Below the pieces are notes generated by a model. The model ran no database searches, was not told where the DNA came from, and worked only from the letters and a program-made list of their open reading frames with translations. Positions 52,401-61,413 of a DNA stretch of 64,000 nucleotides are shown piece after piece. This DNA comes from Bacteroidaceae bacterium (GTDB lineage Bacteria > Bacteroidota > Bacteroidia > Bacteroidales > Bacteroidaceae): assembly GCA_045576655.1 (NCBI GenBank), contig JAZNGW010000028.1, forward strand, positions 35,885-99,884, read 5' to 3'. Each line of letters begins with the position of its first letter. Positions within the stretch are counted from its first letter, which is position 1. Position numbers and translations under genes: made by a program.

Positions 52401-52445
52401 GCAGCTAAGCATTATCGCCAATATTTTGAAATAATTACTTTTCAT
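49431..52445 (-). CDS. 1004-aa lipoprotein, candidate type V pilus tip/accessory subunit
   Basis: Lipobox 'GLASCADDD'. FimA/Mfa-like N-terminal pattern with an Arg ('VVKVRG') at the expected prodomain-cleavage region. Last gene of the pilus operon. Confidence 0.5.
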   Translation of the reverse strand: MKSNYFKILAIMLSCIMGLASCADDDLYMSPEQGDAPEGFVKLSFETDIQEMEVVKVRGVDPDGYDVHNMTLFCFNPYGLFVTTVEATLTKTTATTGTFEAVVPEETKIVHFVANQNSALYDNKDFINKSEASVIADMEGASGMMVYWARFEASDNGAKLKEELADLPNGIVLVRNQAKVSIADWNTPYIEVTGFVTTNIHAFGTVAPYSNEEGFEWPGTNPYITLPNNTVMMSDIEDVNTKEEDYIFEHENTVDNPVSVIIRGVPQGETQEKYFRVAIVDADGEQLMIKRNHSYVLNISGKLTHGSDTFQDAMEAPFTNNVWISIDSWVKAVEDATYKLEVKETGIVLDANEAGSDYKVYYTITRKNGSLTSADMASVVWLGENDVAQHNFVNHEFAINGNVGEGCVTIKLNPMAKDIQTGTLLIKKGRLQRTVEVNVIKTQVFTPAWVGTQVYGGATGQFVTVKFTVPEECPDVLYPFPVLVTVNSLDVRSASGMQLPVIRKGDDEWFGADYANHDYKYEYIVEGPGVHRIYFENILTHEDGDKESVWLEANHFETLEKEFEFSGYQKAITVSGLNKYYGGTVGDTYADDEVVYYKLVPKKRYAHVDFNMVMMDNSTDPATPINVGVNDEFLLFSKSLDHYEDHEPIPGGLSHECDYYEVDESYWKTSSNGRMVMFMPKNPTPANTGHYALHLKTNRPISDDVVRIASNASMNPSILPSNSGANYTGNSYRSMIFELATYRPFRFAARVNGLGENTTGQNEETVSNIELTYLPNQNVDISFDVTSFEGSDGACVDPFGESFEIYIDAPMLTIDESRLAAFNLTGDKLFAHPSVKGRFVYKVEPTRDAERNFGTGEALLKDNSASSQAGERKTLPFKTNRVTTAGDIKISSNKEKVIFYDKVFRLRNKKITGTIQYNDGGSLRDVPEDAFVAFARTKDGVRIGSIEIAEGGKYSLNLRSEYEFNWTMDEIEFNFNIGDVDYDCKIGSLDELFNSPNVVLNVAI

Positions 52446-52479
52446 AATTTTGCATTTATCTTGTTTTGACTAATACCCA

Positions 52480-54714
52480 TCATTTCACGTAAGCGTCACG
52501 TACACAACGAATCGCAGAAGTGTTAGTGTTATCATTATTACCCTGCCTGTTATACGAAGGGCCATTTGCAGACATATAGTAATATCCATTAAGCAGATAA
52601 TCTATTGCATCAGCGTCAGTATCCGGCCCTCCCTGCAAGTCAATAATTATGTCCAATTCTGCTCGTGTAGGGACTCTCCAATCATCAAGAACGACCTTGT
52701 TGCCATTTTCATCCTTGTAAACCTCCACATAATTGAGACAGTGCTCACGGAAAATTTCAAGACGGTCGGAAACGCCATTGTTATTATCGTCCCTCACATA
52801 AGGAGCCCCCCAATTCGGCTTAATAGAGTCTGTCACAGAGGAAAGGTTTCCGTAAGACGAATAGATAGCGCCCAAGCGTGAAGCTATCATGAAAGACGGA
52901 GAAACAAGTTCCGCATTGTCATCACCGGCATCAGTATATCCGTCGGCATCAATACGAGGATGTCCCACCTTATATTTCTCAGAAGTAGCGGTAACCCTGA
53001 TATGATACATACGAGCATTAGTGTTGTCTTCACACTGACCGGCATTTCTTGCAGCGCTTCCATTATTGTCCCATTCATAAAAAGAGGTTGTGGACTTGCC
53101 CGTTCTCTCATCATAATAAGACACAAACTTTGAATGCCAGAAGTAGCCATCATTAACACGCCCATAAGCATAGCTATTGTCACTATATGAATACCTGTTA
53201 TCCCACTCATCACCAGGAAGTCCAACCGCCACGTATCGTCCTGCACCTCTACTCTCATAAGTAGTCACTTGACCTGTCGATGTTTTAAAGTCATCTCTAT
53301 AAGAATACCATCCCTGCTGATTTGTTACATATATCAGAGGATACTGCTCAACGACAACCGTGTCTTTCAAGCCTTCCTCATTTACAATCGCAAGCTTGAA
53401 ATAACGGATGGTATTGTTCGTTGGTATAGGACTGCTCACTGTTATATTCCCTGACATTCCGCCCTCTGTAGTACCAAAGATTCCACCTTCGGTATAGTTA
53501 GTCCTTTGGCCGAACTTATCAATAAAGTAAGGTTCTATGGCAGTTACAGTTATCTTGGAAGAAGAAGAGAACTGAAGTTCCAAAGAGTCAACCTCTACAT
53601 TATACATTTTTATGGTATCACGGTTCACAGTCAAATATTTAGGATAATCTTCGCCATTAACATCCACATTCACTACATCCCATTCACGAACAGAGTACTT
53701 CAGATCCTGAATTTCCACTGGCACCGATTCTTCCTCAGCTCCAGGAGCATTGATAGTACCTATCACCGTATAATAATGATTACGCTCAAATTTTGAGTCC
53801 TTACTCATTGCTATCTGGTAATAACTATTCTCATAGTCTACTCCTTCATAAGTCACAGGAATATTTATCACCAACGACGTGCCTTCCTCGTAAAAGCTCT
53901 TGCCTTCCCAGCTATGCGCATATACATAGGCAACAACTTCAACCACATTATCTGACCAGTTGAAATATTCGCCAGTAGTCTTATCTGGAGTACGCAATTC
54001 CGTAAAAGGCACAAGCGGCGTCAGTACGTTTGTCACATAAGGCAAATTACGCACATAATATCCCTCATGGCCATTACGATTAAAGGTGACTTTATCTCCT
54101 TTAGAGAGACGCATCACGACCTTTGCCGCCGCACGACGCAAATTAACCTTTAACTCAGTATTAACCTTGTCATTACCGTCATAAAGGACAACCGGTTCTA
54201 CCGATGCAGGTTCGGCGCCTGCTTTTGGAAAAGCAGCACCGTCCATAAGGAAATGTGACGGAACATCATCAATGTTAGCAACGCCAGTTAAGTGCAAACG
54301 TTCATCGGCCTGTGTCATCTTCACAAGATCTGTCATCGACGAAAGCCCTGAGAAGTCTGTAGCAGGATGAGTGCTGTTCGCTATGACATATACGAAATAC
54401 TTGTCATTCTCGACAAATATGTTTTTACGCTTAGCCTTTAGCCTAACAGTCCCTGCAGGAGTGTCCACGCTGATTCTTTCACTATACTTAAACGCACCGT
54501 CCTCAGCGAAAATCACCACATCAAGATGTTTTACCGATTCCTCCACAGAGTTATCATTTATAGTAGCACGCGTAACCAATCTGTTAGACGACACATCTAT
54601 CGTTATACAGTCAGAACCTAACGGAGCGGTTTCAAAATCCAAATCATCGTTGCTGCACGACTGCAGAATCGCAGCGAACAGAGCAAATATTAGGAAATAC
54701 AATAGACGTTTCAT
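52480..54714 (-). CDS. 744-aa lipoprotein, candidate type V pilus accessory subunit
   Basis: Lipobox 'LQSCSNDD'. 'SSNRLVTRAT' Arg site. Tight spacing with its neighbours. Confidence 0.5.
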   Translation of the reverse strand: MKRLLYFLIFALFAAILQSCSNDDLDFETAPLGSDCITIDVSSNRLVTRATINDNSVEESVKHLDVVIFAEDGAFKYSERISVDTPAGTVRLKAKRKNIFVENDKYFVYVIANSTHPATDFSGLSSMTDLVKMTQADERLHLTGVANIDDVPSHFLMDGAAFPKAGAEPASVEPVVLYDGNDKVNTELKVNLRRAAAKVVMRLSKGDKVTFNRNGHEGYYVRNLPYVTNVLTPLVPFTELRTPDKTTGEYFNWSDNVVEVVAYVYAHSWEGKSFYEEGTSLVINIPVTYEGVDYENSYYQIAMSKDSKFERNHYYTVIGTINAPGAEEESVPVEIQDLKYSVREWDVVNVDVNGEDYPKYLTVNRDTIKMYNVEVDSLELQFSSSSKITVTAIEPYFIDKFGQRTNYTEGGIFGTTEGGMSGNITVSSPIPTNNTIRYFKLAIVNEEGLKDTVVVEQYPLIYVTNQQGWYSYRDDFKTSTGQVTTYESRGAGRYVAVGLPGDEWDNRYSYSDNSYAYGRVNDGYFWHSKFVSYYDERTGKSTTSFYEWDNNGSAARNAGQCEDNTNARMYHIRVTATSEKYKVGHPRIDADGYTDAGDDNAELVSPSFMIASRLGAIYSSYGNLSSVTDSIKPNWGAPYVRDDNNNGVSDRLEIFREHCLNYVEVYKDENGNKVVLDDWRVPTRAELDIIIDLQGGPDTDADAIDYLLNGYYYMSANGPSYNRQGNNDNTNTSAIRCVRDAYVK

Positions 54715-54725
54715 ATTGATTATTT

Positions 54726-56219
54726 TTAATTCTGCTTTATTTCTATTATTTTAGGATCACTGCCACTATTTGGCCATGCTATTTCATCAGTCTTTCCATT
54801 GATGAACAAATACATCGACATTCCCGAAGGCATCCAGTTCTGCCTGTATGTAATGCCAAATTTCACGACATCACCTGCATTGGTTGGGTCGAGAGGCACG
54901 ACTTTTATGTTGTACCATGTATCAGCTGCCACCCATTGATTCGGGTCAGTTATCTCCACACCAGATATGTTGTAAACCTTGATAGAATAATCTGTATCAG
55001 CCTTATCCACAACCGGAGTCCAGAGCTGTCCCAGAGGTTCGCTCATTCTAAACCACACGGAGAATGCGCCTGCCATAGGATCCAAATTATTATATGTCAT
55101 AACAGGTTCTGTCGTAATCAACTCTGTCGGGTTCAAATAATCAGGAACTACAGGATTGTGGTAAGTAGGATATTCAAAAACGCCTCTATCCCAAACGCCG
55201 CCGTCTTCCCAATCAAGAACCTCATAGTCTATTTCAATGAATGCGCCTATACCTACAATATTGAAGCGGTAGATATGGTTACGTACTATATTGCCTTCAG
55301 AACCTTCGATAGGGTATCCGTCAGCATCATACTTTCCAAACTGTATTGCATCTGCAAACACTAACGGAGAAGACGTTCCGTCGCTAAGTGTAACACTCAA
55401 CTTTGGTCGGTTTGTAGCCGTATGAAGTACATTAAATTCAGGAATATAGAGCCAATGAGTTTTGCCACTCACAACCTCTGTGAATTCAAGATTACCAGAT
55501 TTGTGACTATGATATGCATTCAAGCACTCCTCCTGGTCAAGTTCCATAGTGTTCGCCACTTTGTTCCATCCAGACGGCAAGCAATAGCCCATATCATTAT
55601 AATGGTTAATGCTTACATTCTCAAGCGTAAAACCTTTTGCCAACATCTCGTCGCTCAATACCACTTCTACTTTTGAAACTGCACGTAGCATCATGATGTC
55701 GCCCAAATCCTGCAATTCTCCGCCGCCCATAGTCATTTGCTTAATTCCCCACATCGGTACATATCCTTCAGGGTAAACAATGTCATCAAGAGAATAATAC
55801 AGAGATCCCAAATTCGTCACGGCATCTGCACAATTGGCAAGAACCACAACCTTATAAGCTGTTCCATCTGTCAGGTGCAAATCAGTAACATCTCCAGCAA
55901 AGCGGTATTCTGTCGCACTTGTTGGCCAATGCATCAGGTTGCTCACCTTCCCCACAAAATTATTATTGGCAGTAAAGAAAAGCACCTGCAAACCTTCCAT
56001 AGCTATACGGCTGTCATAAGACGTACCGATATCGGTAACGTAGGAGTCGCTCCATGCCGCTCTTGTCTTGCGCTGAGCGTCATCGATAGTCAACGTAAAG
56101 GACACCTTGCGCACTGCGCTTCCGCCAGTGTTGCAAGAGGCATCATCGTTGATCGAGTCGCACGACGTAAAGACCCAAGCCGACAAAACAACTATTATAT
56201 ATGATAATTTCTTTAGCAT
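54726..56219 (-). CDS. 497-aa lipoprotein, candidate type V pilus accessory subunit
   Basis: Lipobox 'FTSCDS'. 'AQRKTRAAW' Arg site. 4-nt gap to the Mfa2-like gene. Confidence 0.5.
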   Translation of the reverse strand: MLKKLSYIIVVLSAWVFTSCDSINDDASCNTGGSAVRKVSFTLTIDDAQRKTRAAWSDSYVTDIGTSYDSRIAMEGLQVLFFTANNNFVGKVSNLMHWPTSATEYRFAGDVTDLHLTDGTAYKVVVLANCADAVTNLGSLYYSLDDIVYPEGYVPMWGIKQMTMGGGELQDLGDIMMLRAVSKVEVVLSDEMLAKGFTLENVSINHYNDMGYCLPSGWNKVANTMELDQEECLNAYHSHKSGNLEFTEVVSGKTHWLYIPEFNVLHTATNRPKLSVTLSDGTSSPLVFADAIQFGKYDADGYPIEGSEGNIVRNHIYRFNIVGIGAFIEIDYEVLDWEDGGVWDRGVFEYPTYHNPVVPDYLNPTELITTEPVMTYNNLDPMAGAFSVWFRMSEPLGQLWTPVVDKADTDYSIKVYNISGVEITDPNQWVAADTWYNIKVVPLDPTNAGDVVKFGITYRQNWMPSGMSMYLFINGKTDEIAWPNSGSDPKIIEIKQN

Positions 56220-56223
56220 AGCA

Positions 56224-57258
56224 TTACTTTATTACTTGGTTATTCAAAACTACTCTCCAAGAATTTACGATAATCGTAGAGGATGCCCAATCGCCTGATT
56301 CATCAAGGAAGAATGTCATGTTGTACTCATCCTGACGGTCAAGGTATTCCTGGTCATCCATAGCCCTATTGTAATTACCCTTAACAAGCAACGCATAGTC
56401 TACAACCGGTACAGAAAGAACCACCTTATTCTCCGCCAGATTCCTTACGACAAGAATCGGACGAGCGTCGGCCATCAAACGACCTGTTGTCATTTCCGCC
56501 ACTGCCACTCCAACAGAAGATGCGCGAGTCTTGCCATTGTAGACGTCGGCATCGATGTCGGCGCTGCCTGATTCCAGACTCCAAGGTTTATAAACCATGA
56601 GTTCGTCTTCCAGTAAAGAATTGTCATAAGCCATAAACCCATTATAGTCCTGTATTTCAAAAGAGAACTGTTCTGGGTCAACATCCTCACCAGAAAGTTG
56701 CTGCAAAACAACACGTACCACATTAGTGTTCTTCGTCAAAGATATTGTTTCATAGTGAGTTCCGATGGCATCCGAGAACTTCACCTTAAGTTGCCCGTGA
56801 TACAACGGAGCAAGATCCTTATCCACAACACCTATGCCATTGGCGCTGATTCTATTCATCCGACAAGTCAAGTCATCCTTCTTAGTAACCCCTATTACAG
56901 CTTCCGGAACAGTAAAAGACTCGCCATTCCCCACTCCGCACCAAGCAAGCATCTCATAGTCGCCTGGTTGCAGTTCTACAGGCATTGCGTAATTCTCGTT
57001 TGCAAGAGCTTCACCGCTTTCAACACCCTTGAACACCAAAGTTCCAGCCTCATCAAACACATAAAGTGCAACAGAAGTTACTTCATTACTGAATGCATCA
57101 GCAAACTTCATGTTCTTGTCGTACTTAAACTTGATTCTGTAGTTCACAGAGCAATCACCTTCATCATCATAGATCACGCTGTCATCGCATGAACAGAATG
57201 GAAGGGCCACTAAAGCCGCCAGAACTCCTAACCTGCTTAATAAAAATAATTTGTTCAT
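56224..57258 (-). CDS. FimB/Mfa2-family pilus anchor subunit
   Basis: Lipobox 'PFCSCDD', then 'DDEGDCSVNYRIKFKYDKNM.FADAFSNEVTSVALYVFDEAGTLV', a pattern typical of Mfa2/FimB anchors. ~340 aa. Confidence 0.7.
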   Translation of the reverse strand: MNKLFLLSRLGVLAALVALPFCSCDDSVIYDDEGDCSVNYRIKFKYDKNMKFADAFSNEVTSVALYVFDEAGTLVFKGVESGEALANENYAMPVELQPGDYEMLAWCGVGNGESFTVPEAVIGVTKKDDLTCRMNRISANGIGVVDKDLAPLYHGQLKVKFSDAIGTHYETISLTKNTNVVRVVLQQLSGEDVDPEQFSFEIQDYNGFMAYDNSLLEDELMVYKPWSLESGSADIDADVYNGKTRASSVGVAVAEMTTGRLMADARPILVVRNLAENKVVLSVPVVDYALLVKGNYNRAMDDQEYLDRQDEYNMTFFLDESGDWASSTIIVNSWRVVLNNQVIK

Positions 57259-57446
57259 AGTCGTATGTTTTTATATATTATTCCGTACGTTAATCTGCAC
57301 AGTCGAAAAATTCCAATTCGGTGGAAACCCGTTGGGTTTCAGATGCGTGTCTCTCTTTGCACCGGCACGCTAAGTGCTTTCATAAACTTGAGTTCTTCAA
57401 ACCGCGTTTATTGCTAAACTCTCCTTTGCAATTCTTTAAGTTGGGG

Positions 57447-57481
57447 AGATTGTAGTGTGGGGAGCCCCCACACTACAATCT
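57447..57481 (-). terminator. Perfect 16-bp stem / 3-nt loop hairpin 15 nt downstream of the major pilin stop (attenuator or RNA-stabilising hairpin)
   Basis: AGATTGTAGTGTGGGG-agc-CCCCACACTACAATCT. No long U tract after it on the minus strand. Confidence 0.5.
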
Positions 57482-57495
57482 TTAATTATGTGCAA

Positions 57496-59085
57496 TTACT
57501 GCAGTGTCACATTCTGATTTACAAGTTTCCAAGAGAGAACCTTAATCTGAGCAGCGATGAATGCCTCAGAATCTTCTGGCTTAACTGGTTCTTCAACATC
57601 ATTGTCGCCATCATAGACAGGAGTACCAAGACCTTTGATGTCGTCAACATTAATAGCATAAGTATGGTTACGAACAACACCATTGATATTCTTTGTACCG
57701 AGGTGCTCGATGTCTACGATGTAGTATCCCATACCGTCCCATACCTGTGCTTTTTCGAATGTAGCGAGCTTTGACTCGATCACGTCTGTGGTAGTGGCAC
57801 TGTAAGTAGAGCCTTCCTTAACGAACCATGTGAGAGCCTTGGCTGCGTCAGTGAGTTTGTAAGTCACCTTGTAGCTGTCATCGCCAGAGGTGCCTGCTGC
57901 AACGAGGAGGATGTGTTCAGGAGCGATGGATGTGTAAGAACCTGTGCTGCCATAATAATAAGTTGTTGCCAAAGAATTGGCGATGCTGTTCTTCAAACCT
58001 TCGATTGTCATCATCTCGCCGAACAACTTAACCACGTCAACCTTGTTGTCGTTCTCGTCAACAAACTTTACTGCAACGAGCGCCTTTGTGTTGTCACCTG
58101 TAACATCAGTTGTATTCTCCAGACAATAGTCAGCACTGCCTACTGTATTAGAAAGTGCGTTCCATGAGAAGTTCTTTATCAAAGTCACAGTTGCATCTGT
58201 AGCCACTGACTGTGCCCAGTATGAACGGAAGTAAGGTTCGTCGTTCCATGTGAATCCGAGAGTTCCGTTATCCCAAGCTGTATCAATAGTCTTCACCATG
58301 TTAGAGTGACTCATAGTAGTGTTGAGGTCCCAACCCTGAACCACCGCATACACGTTGCCACCTGATGCGCCTGGATTTGCAACGCCTGTGTCATATTTCT
58401 CGCCGCTCTGAGTCAAAGCCACCTTTGCAGCCACGCGCTCAACATATACTTCAACTGGTTTGCCAAGCGCCACAGCATCTGCTGCAGAAGAAGCGATGTT
58501 TGCAGCAGTGATCGGAGTTGCATCAACTACGTTTGAACCGCTTGCATACACAGAGTTGCTCATGATGAAGCCTTTTGTTCCTTGGAGCTTAGCCTCCTCC
58601 ACGAGTGTGGTCTTAAGACCAGCAAGACCGAGAGACGCTCCGTCATAGTCCCAGTTGAGAACTGCTACGAGATATGCAGGAATCTCGCCTTTGCTGTTCT
58701 TGATAGTCAATACAGCATCTGTCAAGGTCTCAACATTAGGATCCTCCGAACCACCGTTGTCTGCAACGTCTCTAACCAGATAGTTCACATTAGGCGCGTC
58801 CGCAGGATCCAGAGACTCTGCATTAACGTTAAAAGCCCCACCACTACTGTTGAAGAAGAAGAAGTGTGCAGTTGTCACCTTCTGCTCCTCGGCTGTACCT
58901 TCTGCATAACCGCCGTCCGCTGCCTTAGTTCCTGGTTCATAGACAGAGTTTACATGCACATTCAGATAGGATGTTTCAAACTTTCCGCTCTGCGGTGTAG
59001 TCAAAGTCTCTTCATTTTCGTCGTTTGTACAACTCACAAACAAACCTGCCACCAAAAGGCCCAATAAAATCTTGTTCGCTTTCAT
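57496..59085 (-). CDS. Mfa1-family major pilus subunit (type V pilin)
   Basis: Lipobox 'LFVSCTNDE'. 529 aa, rich in T/S/A/V/N beta-strand sequence. It is positioned between the DUF3868 and Mfa2-like genes, as in Mfa-type operons. Confidence 0.6.
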   Translation of the reverse strand: MKANKILLGLLVAGLFVSCTNDENEETLTTPQSGKFETSYLNVHVNSVYEPGTKAADGGYAEGTAEEQKVTTAHFFFFNSSGGAFNVNAESLDPADAPNVNYLVRDVADNGGSEDPNVETLTDAVLTIKNSKGEIPAYLVAVLNWDYDGASLGLAGLKTTLVEEAKLQGTKGFIMSNSVYASGSNVVDATPITAANIASSAADAVALGKPVEVYVERVAAKVALTQSGEKYDTGVANPGASGGNVYAVVQGWDLNTTMSHSNMVKTIDTAWDNGTLGFTWNDEPYFRSYWAQSVATDATVTLIKNFSWNALSNTVGSADYCLENTTDVTGDNTKALVAVKFVDENDNKVDVVKLFGEMMTIEGLKNSIANSLATTYYYGSTGSYTSIAPEHILLVAAGTSGDDSYKVTYKLTDAAKALTWFVKEGSTYSATTTDVIESKLATFEKAQVWDGMGYYIVDIEHLGTKNINGVVRNHTYAINVDDIKGLGTPVYDGDNDVEEPVKPEDSEAFIAAQIKVLSWKLVNQNVTLQ

Positions 59086-59122
59086 AATTGTAATTTTAAA
59101 GAGTTAATCGTATTAGTCTTAT

Positions 59123-60529
59123 CTATTTCATTTCATTCACCTGGTCTATTGCACTCTGAGCCTCAGCCACGCCCAGAGCCTTTGCCTTCTCCAGCAATTC
59201 GAGAGCCTTGTCATAGTCCTTCACGAGCGCCGCATACAGTCCGCGAGCATACACCGCCTCAGGCGAGTCACCAACCTTTTTCAGATGAGGTTCAGCACTT
59301 ACGTAGTCGCCATTCTGCATCTCCGAGATAGCAGCATTCACATTAGCAGTAGGGTCGTTAGGGTACATTCTGACTGCTGTTTCATAAATGTCATTGAGCT
59401 TGCGTGAATCGCCTTTGTATTCATTTGCCAAAATATGGAATTCCTCAAGGCTGAGTTTCTGAGGCGACTCCTCAAACACCTTGCTGATTTCACCCACGTC
59501 CTTGTAGTTGCGGATAGTATACTCAACCTTGTAGTCTGAATGACGAAGAGCAGGATAGCAATTCACTAACAGATGCATATAATCGCTTGCATAAGAAGTT
59601 CTGATAGCATACTCCTTTTTGTCCGGATCAAGATCACCGTCAATAATCTTGATGATTTCATCCTTGTTTGCAAGATCTGAAGCCGCTACATAAGCCCTAA
59701 GCCCAGCCCAATCTTCTGGTTCATATGAGGTCTTGATAAAATCAGGAGCGAAGTCATACAATTTCTGCACATGCTTCTTGAGAGCTTCAGTACGTCCCTT
59801 AGCAAGTCGCTCGTTGTTCTTGTAAGAACCCTCCGGAGAGGCGAATCCCTTGATTGAAACCGAAGTGAGAGTGATGTCTTCGTCAGCCTTTACAGAATCG
59901 ATGGTTGCCTGAATCTTAGCAATCTCCGACTTATTATTGCGATAGTTAGGATTTATATTTGTCCGGTTCACCACGAAGTCGATAAAAGCGCTGCCGCTCA
60001 GCGAACGAGTCTTAACCATTTCTGTCACAGGGCGGGCGTAGACAAACTTAGGCGAGAAGACCATTTCCTTGAAGTTTGCCATCTGCGAAAACTGCTCGTC
60101 CACAATCTTGTTGCAGCAACCGTAATCACTACGGTGAAGCATAAGGTAAGAACCGTTCATCCACTGAGCATAAGGAACCATCACATTATATTCCATATTT
60201 TCAGGACGCTCCGAAGCGCGATAACTTTTGCCACTTTCAGCAATGATGCTCTTGTCGTTACGCACATAGTAATAGTAGCGGCGACGGCCATAGATTCCCA
60301 CTGAAGACAGTTCCAGACTGTCCTTTCCATTCACAATCATAGGAGTGAAGAGTACGGCTCTGTTTGACGGCATGTCAAGTGAAGTGAAATCCATATTCAT
60401 CTTAACAGCCATATATTCGCCTTGACGCTTCATCTGCAGATTTTCCACCTTTACTCCATCAACGCTTTGTGCTTTAGCACCTGTAGTAGCGATGAGCAAA
60501 GTGATTAAAATTGATAATATACGTTTCAT
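59123..60529 (-). CDS. DUF3868-type protein with C-terminal TPR-like helices
   Basis: 'VKVENLQMKRQGEYMAVKMNMDFTSLDMPSNRAVLFTPMIVNG...GRRRYYYYVRN' resembles DUF3868, which commonly accompanies DUF3575 upstream of Bacteroidales pilus genes. Confidence 0.6.
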   Translation of the reverse strand: MKRILSILITLLIATTGAKAQSVDGVKVENLQMKRQGEYMAVKMNMDFTSLDMPSNRAVLFTPMIVNGKDSLELSSVGIYGRRRYYYYVRNDKSIIAESGKSYRASERPENMEYNVMVPYAQWMNGSYLMLHRSDYGCCNKIVDEQFSQMANFKEMVFSPKFVYARPVTEMVKTRSLSGSAFIDFVVNRTNINPNYRNNKSEIAKIQATIDSVKADEDITLTSVSIKGFASPEGSYKNNERLAKGRTEALKKHVQKLYDFAPDFIKTSYEPEDWAGLRAYVAASDLANKDEIIKIIDGDLDPDKKEYAIRTSYASDYMHLLVNCYPALRHSDYKVEYTIRNYKDVGEISKVFEESPQKLSLEEFHILANEYKGDSRKLNDIYETAVRMYPNDPTANVNAAISEMQNGDYVSAEPHLKKVGDSPEAVYARGLYAALVKDYDKALELLEKAKALGVAEAQSAIDQVNEMK

Positions 60530-60544
60530 CGTTATCTGTTTTTA

Positions 60545-61141
60545 TTAAAATACATAAACTAAATTAATCGCAGCCTTTGTAGGTCCCACATAGTGATGGT
60601 CCTTGTCCTCCTCGACCTTTCTGCCACATCCGGCACACTCAAATCTATCATATTTGGTGTAGCTATAACCAAATCCGATTTCAGCCTCAAGGTTCCAGTG
60701 CTTGCCAAGAACCCATGTGTAGCCATAGGCCAAACCTGCTCCAGCAAACCATCCCTGGAAGCGGCTGTCGCCCAAGCGGGAGAAGTCAGTGCCGAGGAAA
60801 GAGATGCTGTTCTTCAAACCGCCCACATTATACTGTCCGCCGTGAAGATGCATGCCGAGGAAATGGCCTGCAAAGCGGTCGCAAAACCAATATCTCAATT
60901 CTGGTTGCACAAACCAATGCTTCCATTTGCGGTCGTGCGACATGTTCCAACCGTTGAAATTTCCCGACAAATCAATTGTCCACTTTGGCGCCAAACCGAT
61001 CTCTACGCCGGCATTGACATTGGCCGTTGCATCATACACAAGATTCGTTTTGACAGCAACGTCTTGCGCTTTCATCTCCTGGGCAAAAAAGAATCCCAAG
61101 GCCAGAAGCAACAAACAGCTTAGTTTTTTACATTCACTCAT
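60545..61141 (-). CDS. DUF3575-type outer-membrane beta-barrel protein
   Basis: 'VKTNLVYDATANVNAGVEIGLAPKWTIDLSGNFNGW...WFVQPELRYWF' is the DUF3575 pattern. The start could be 61207 or the internal Met at 61141, which precedes the signal peptide. Confidence 0.7.
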   Translation of the reverse strand: MSECKKLSCLLLLALGFFFAQEMKAQDVAVKTNLVYDATANVNAGVEIGLAPKWTIDLSGNFNGWNMSHDRKWKHWFVQPELRYWFCDRFAGHFLGMHLHGGQYNVGGLKNSISFLGTDFSRLGDSRFQGWFAGAGLAYGYTWVLGKHWNLEAEIGFGYSYTKYDRFECAGCGRKVEEDKDHHYVGPTKAAINLVYVF

Positions 61142-61241
61142 ATTACTTAGTTTTTTAGTTTTGTTATTTCTCGTGTTACCTTTCTCCATATAATAATGCT
61201 TCTTCATTTCTTAGAGAGACCACGTCTCACATTGTCTGATG

Positions 61242-61249
61242 CAAAATTA
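61242..61249 (-). promoter_or_regulatory. Candidate -7 box (TAATTTTG on minus strand) for the pilus operon
   Basis: Exact TAnnTTTG match 35-100 nt upstream of the two candidate starts of the DUF3575 gene. Confidence 0.3.
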
Positions 61250-61413
61250 GTTTCGTTCCAAATAGAAGTATTTTCTCTTAAATGAAAAAATGTTCTGATT
61301 CGTTGAAAACGCTTTTCCAATGATTTACAAATTTTTCTTTTCGATAAAAAAACTTTACTTTAGATGTATACACCCATGAGAAAACCCCGATATATACTGG
61401 CTTTCCGCCCCAT

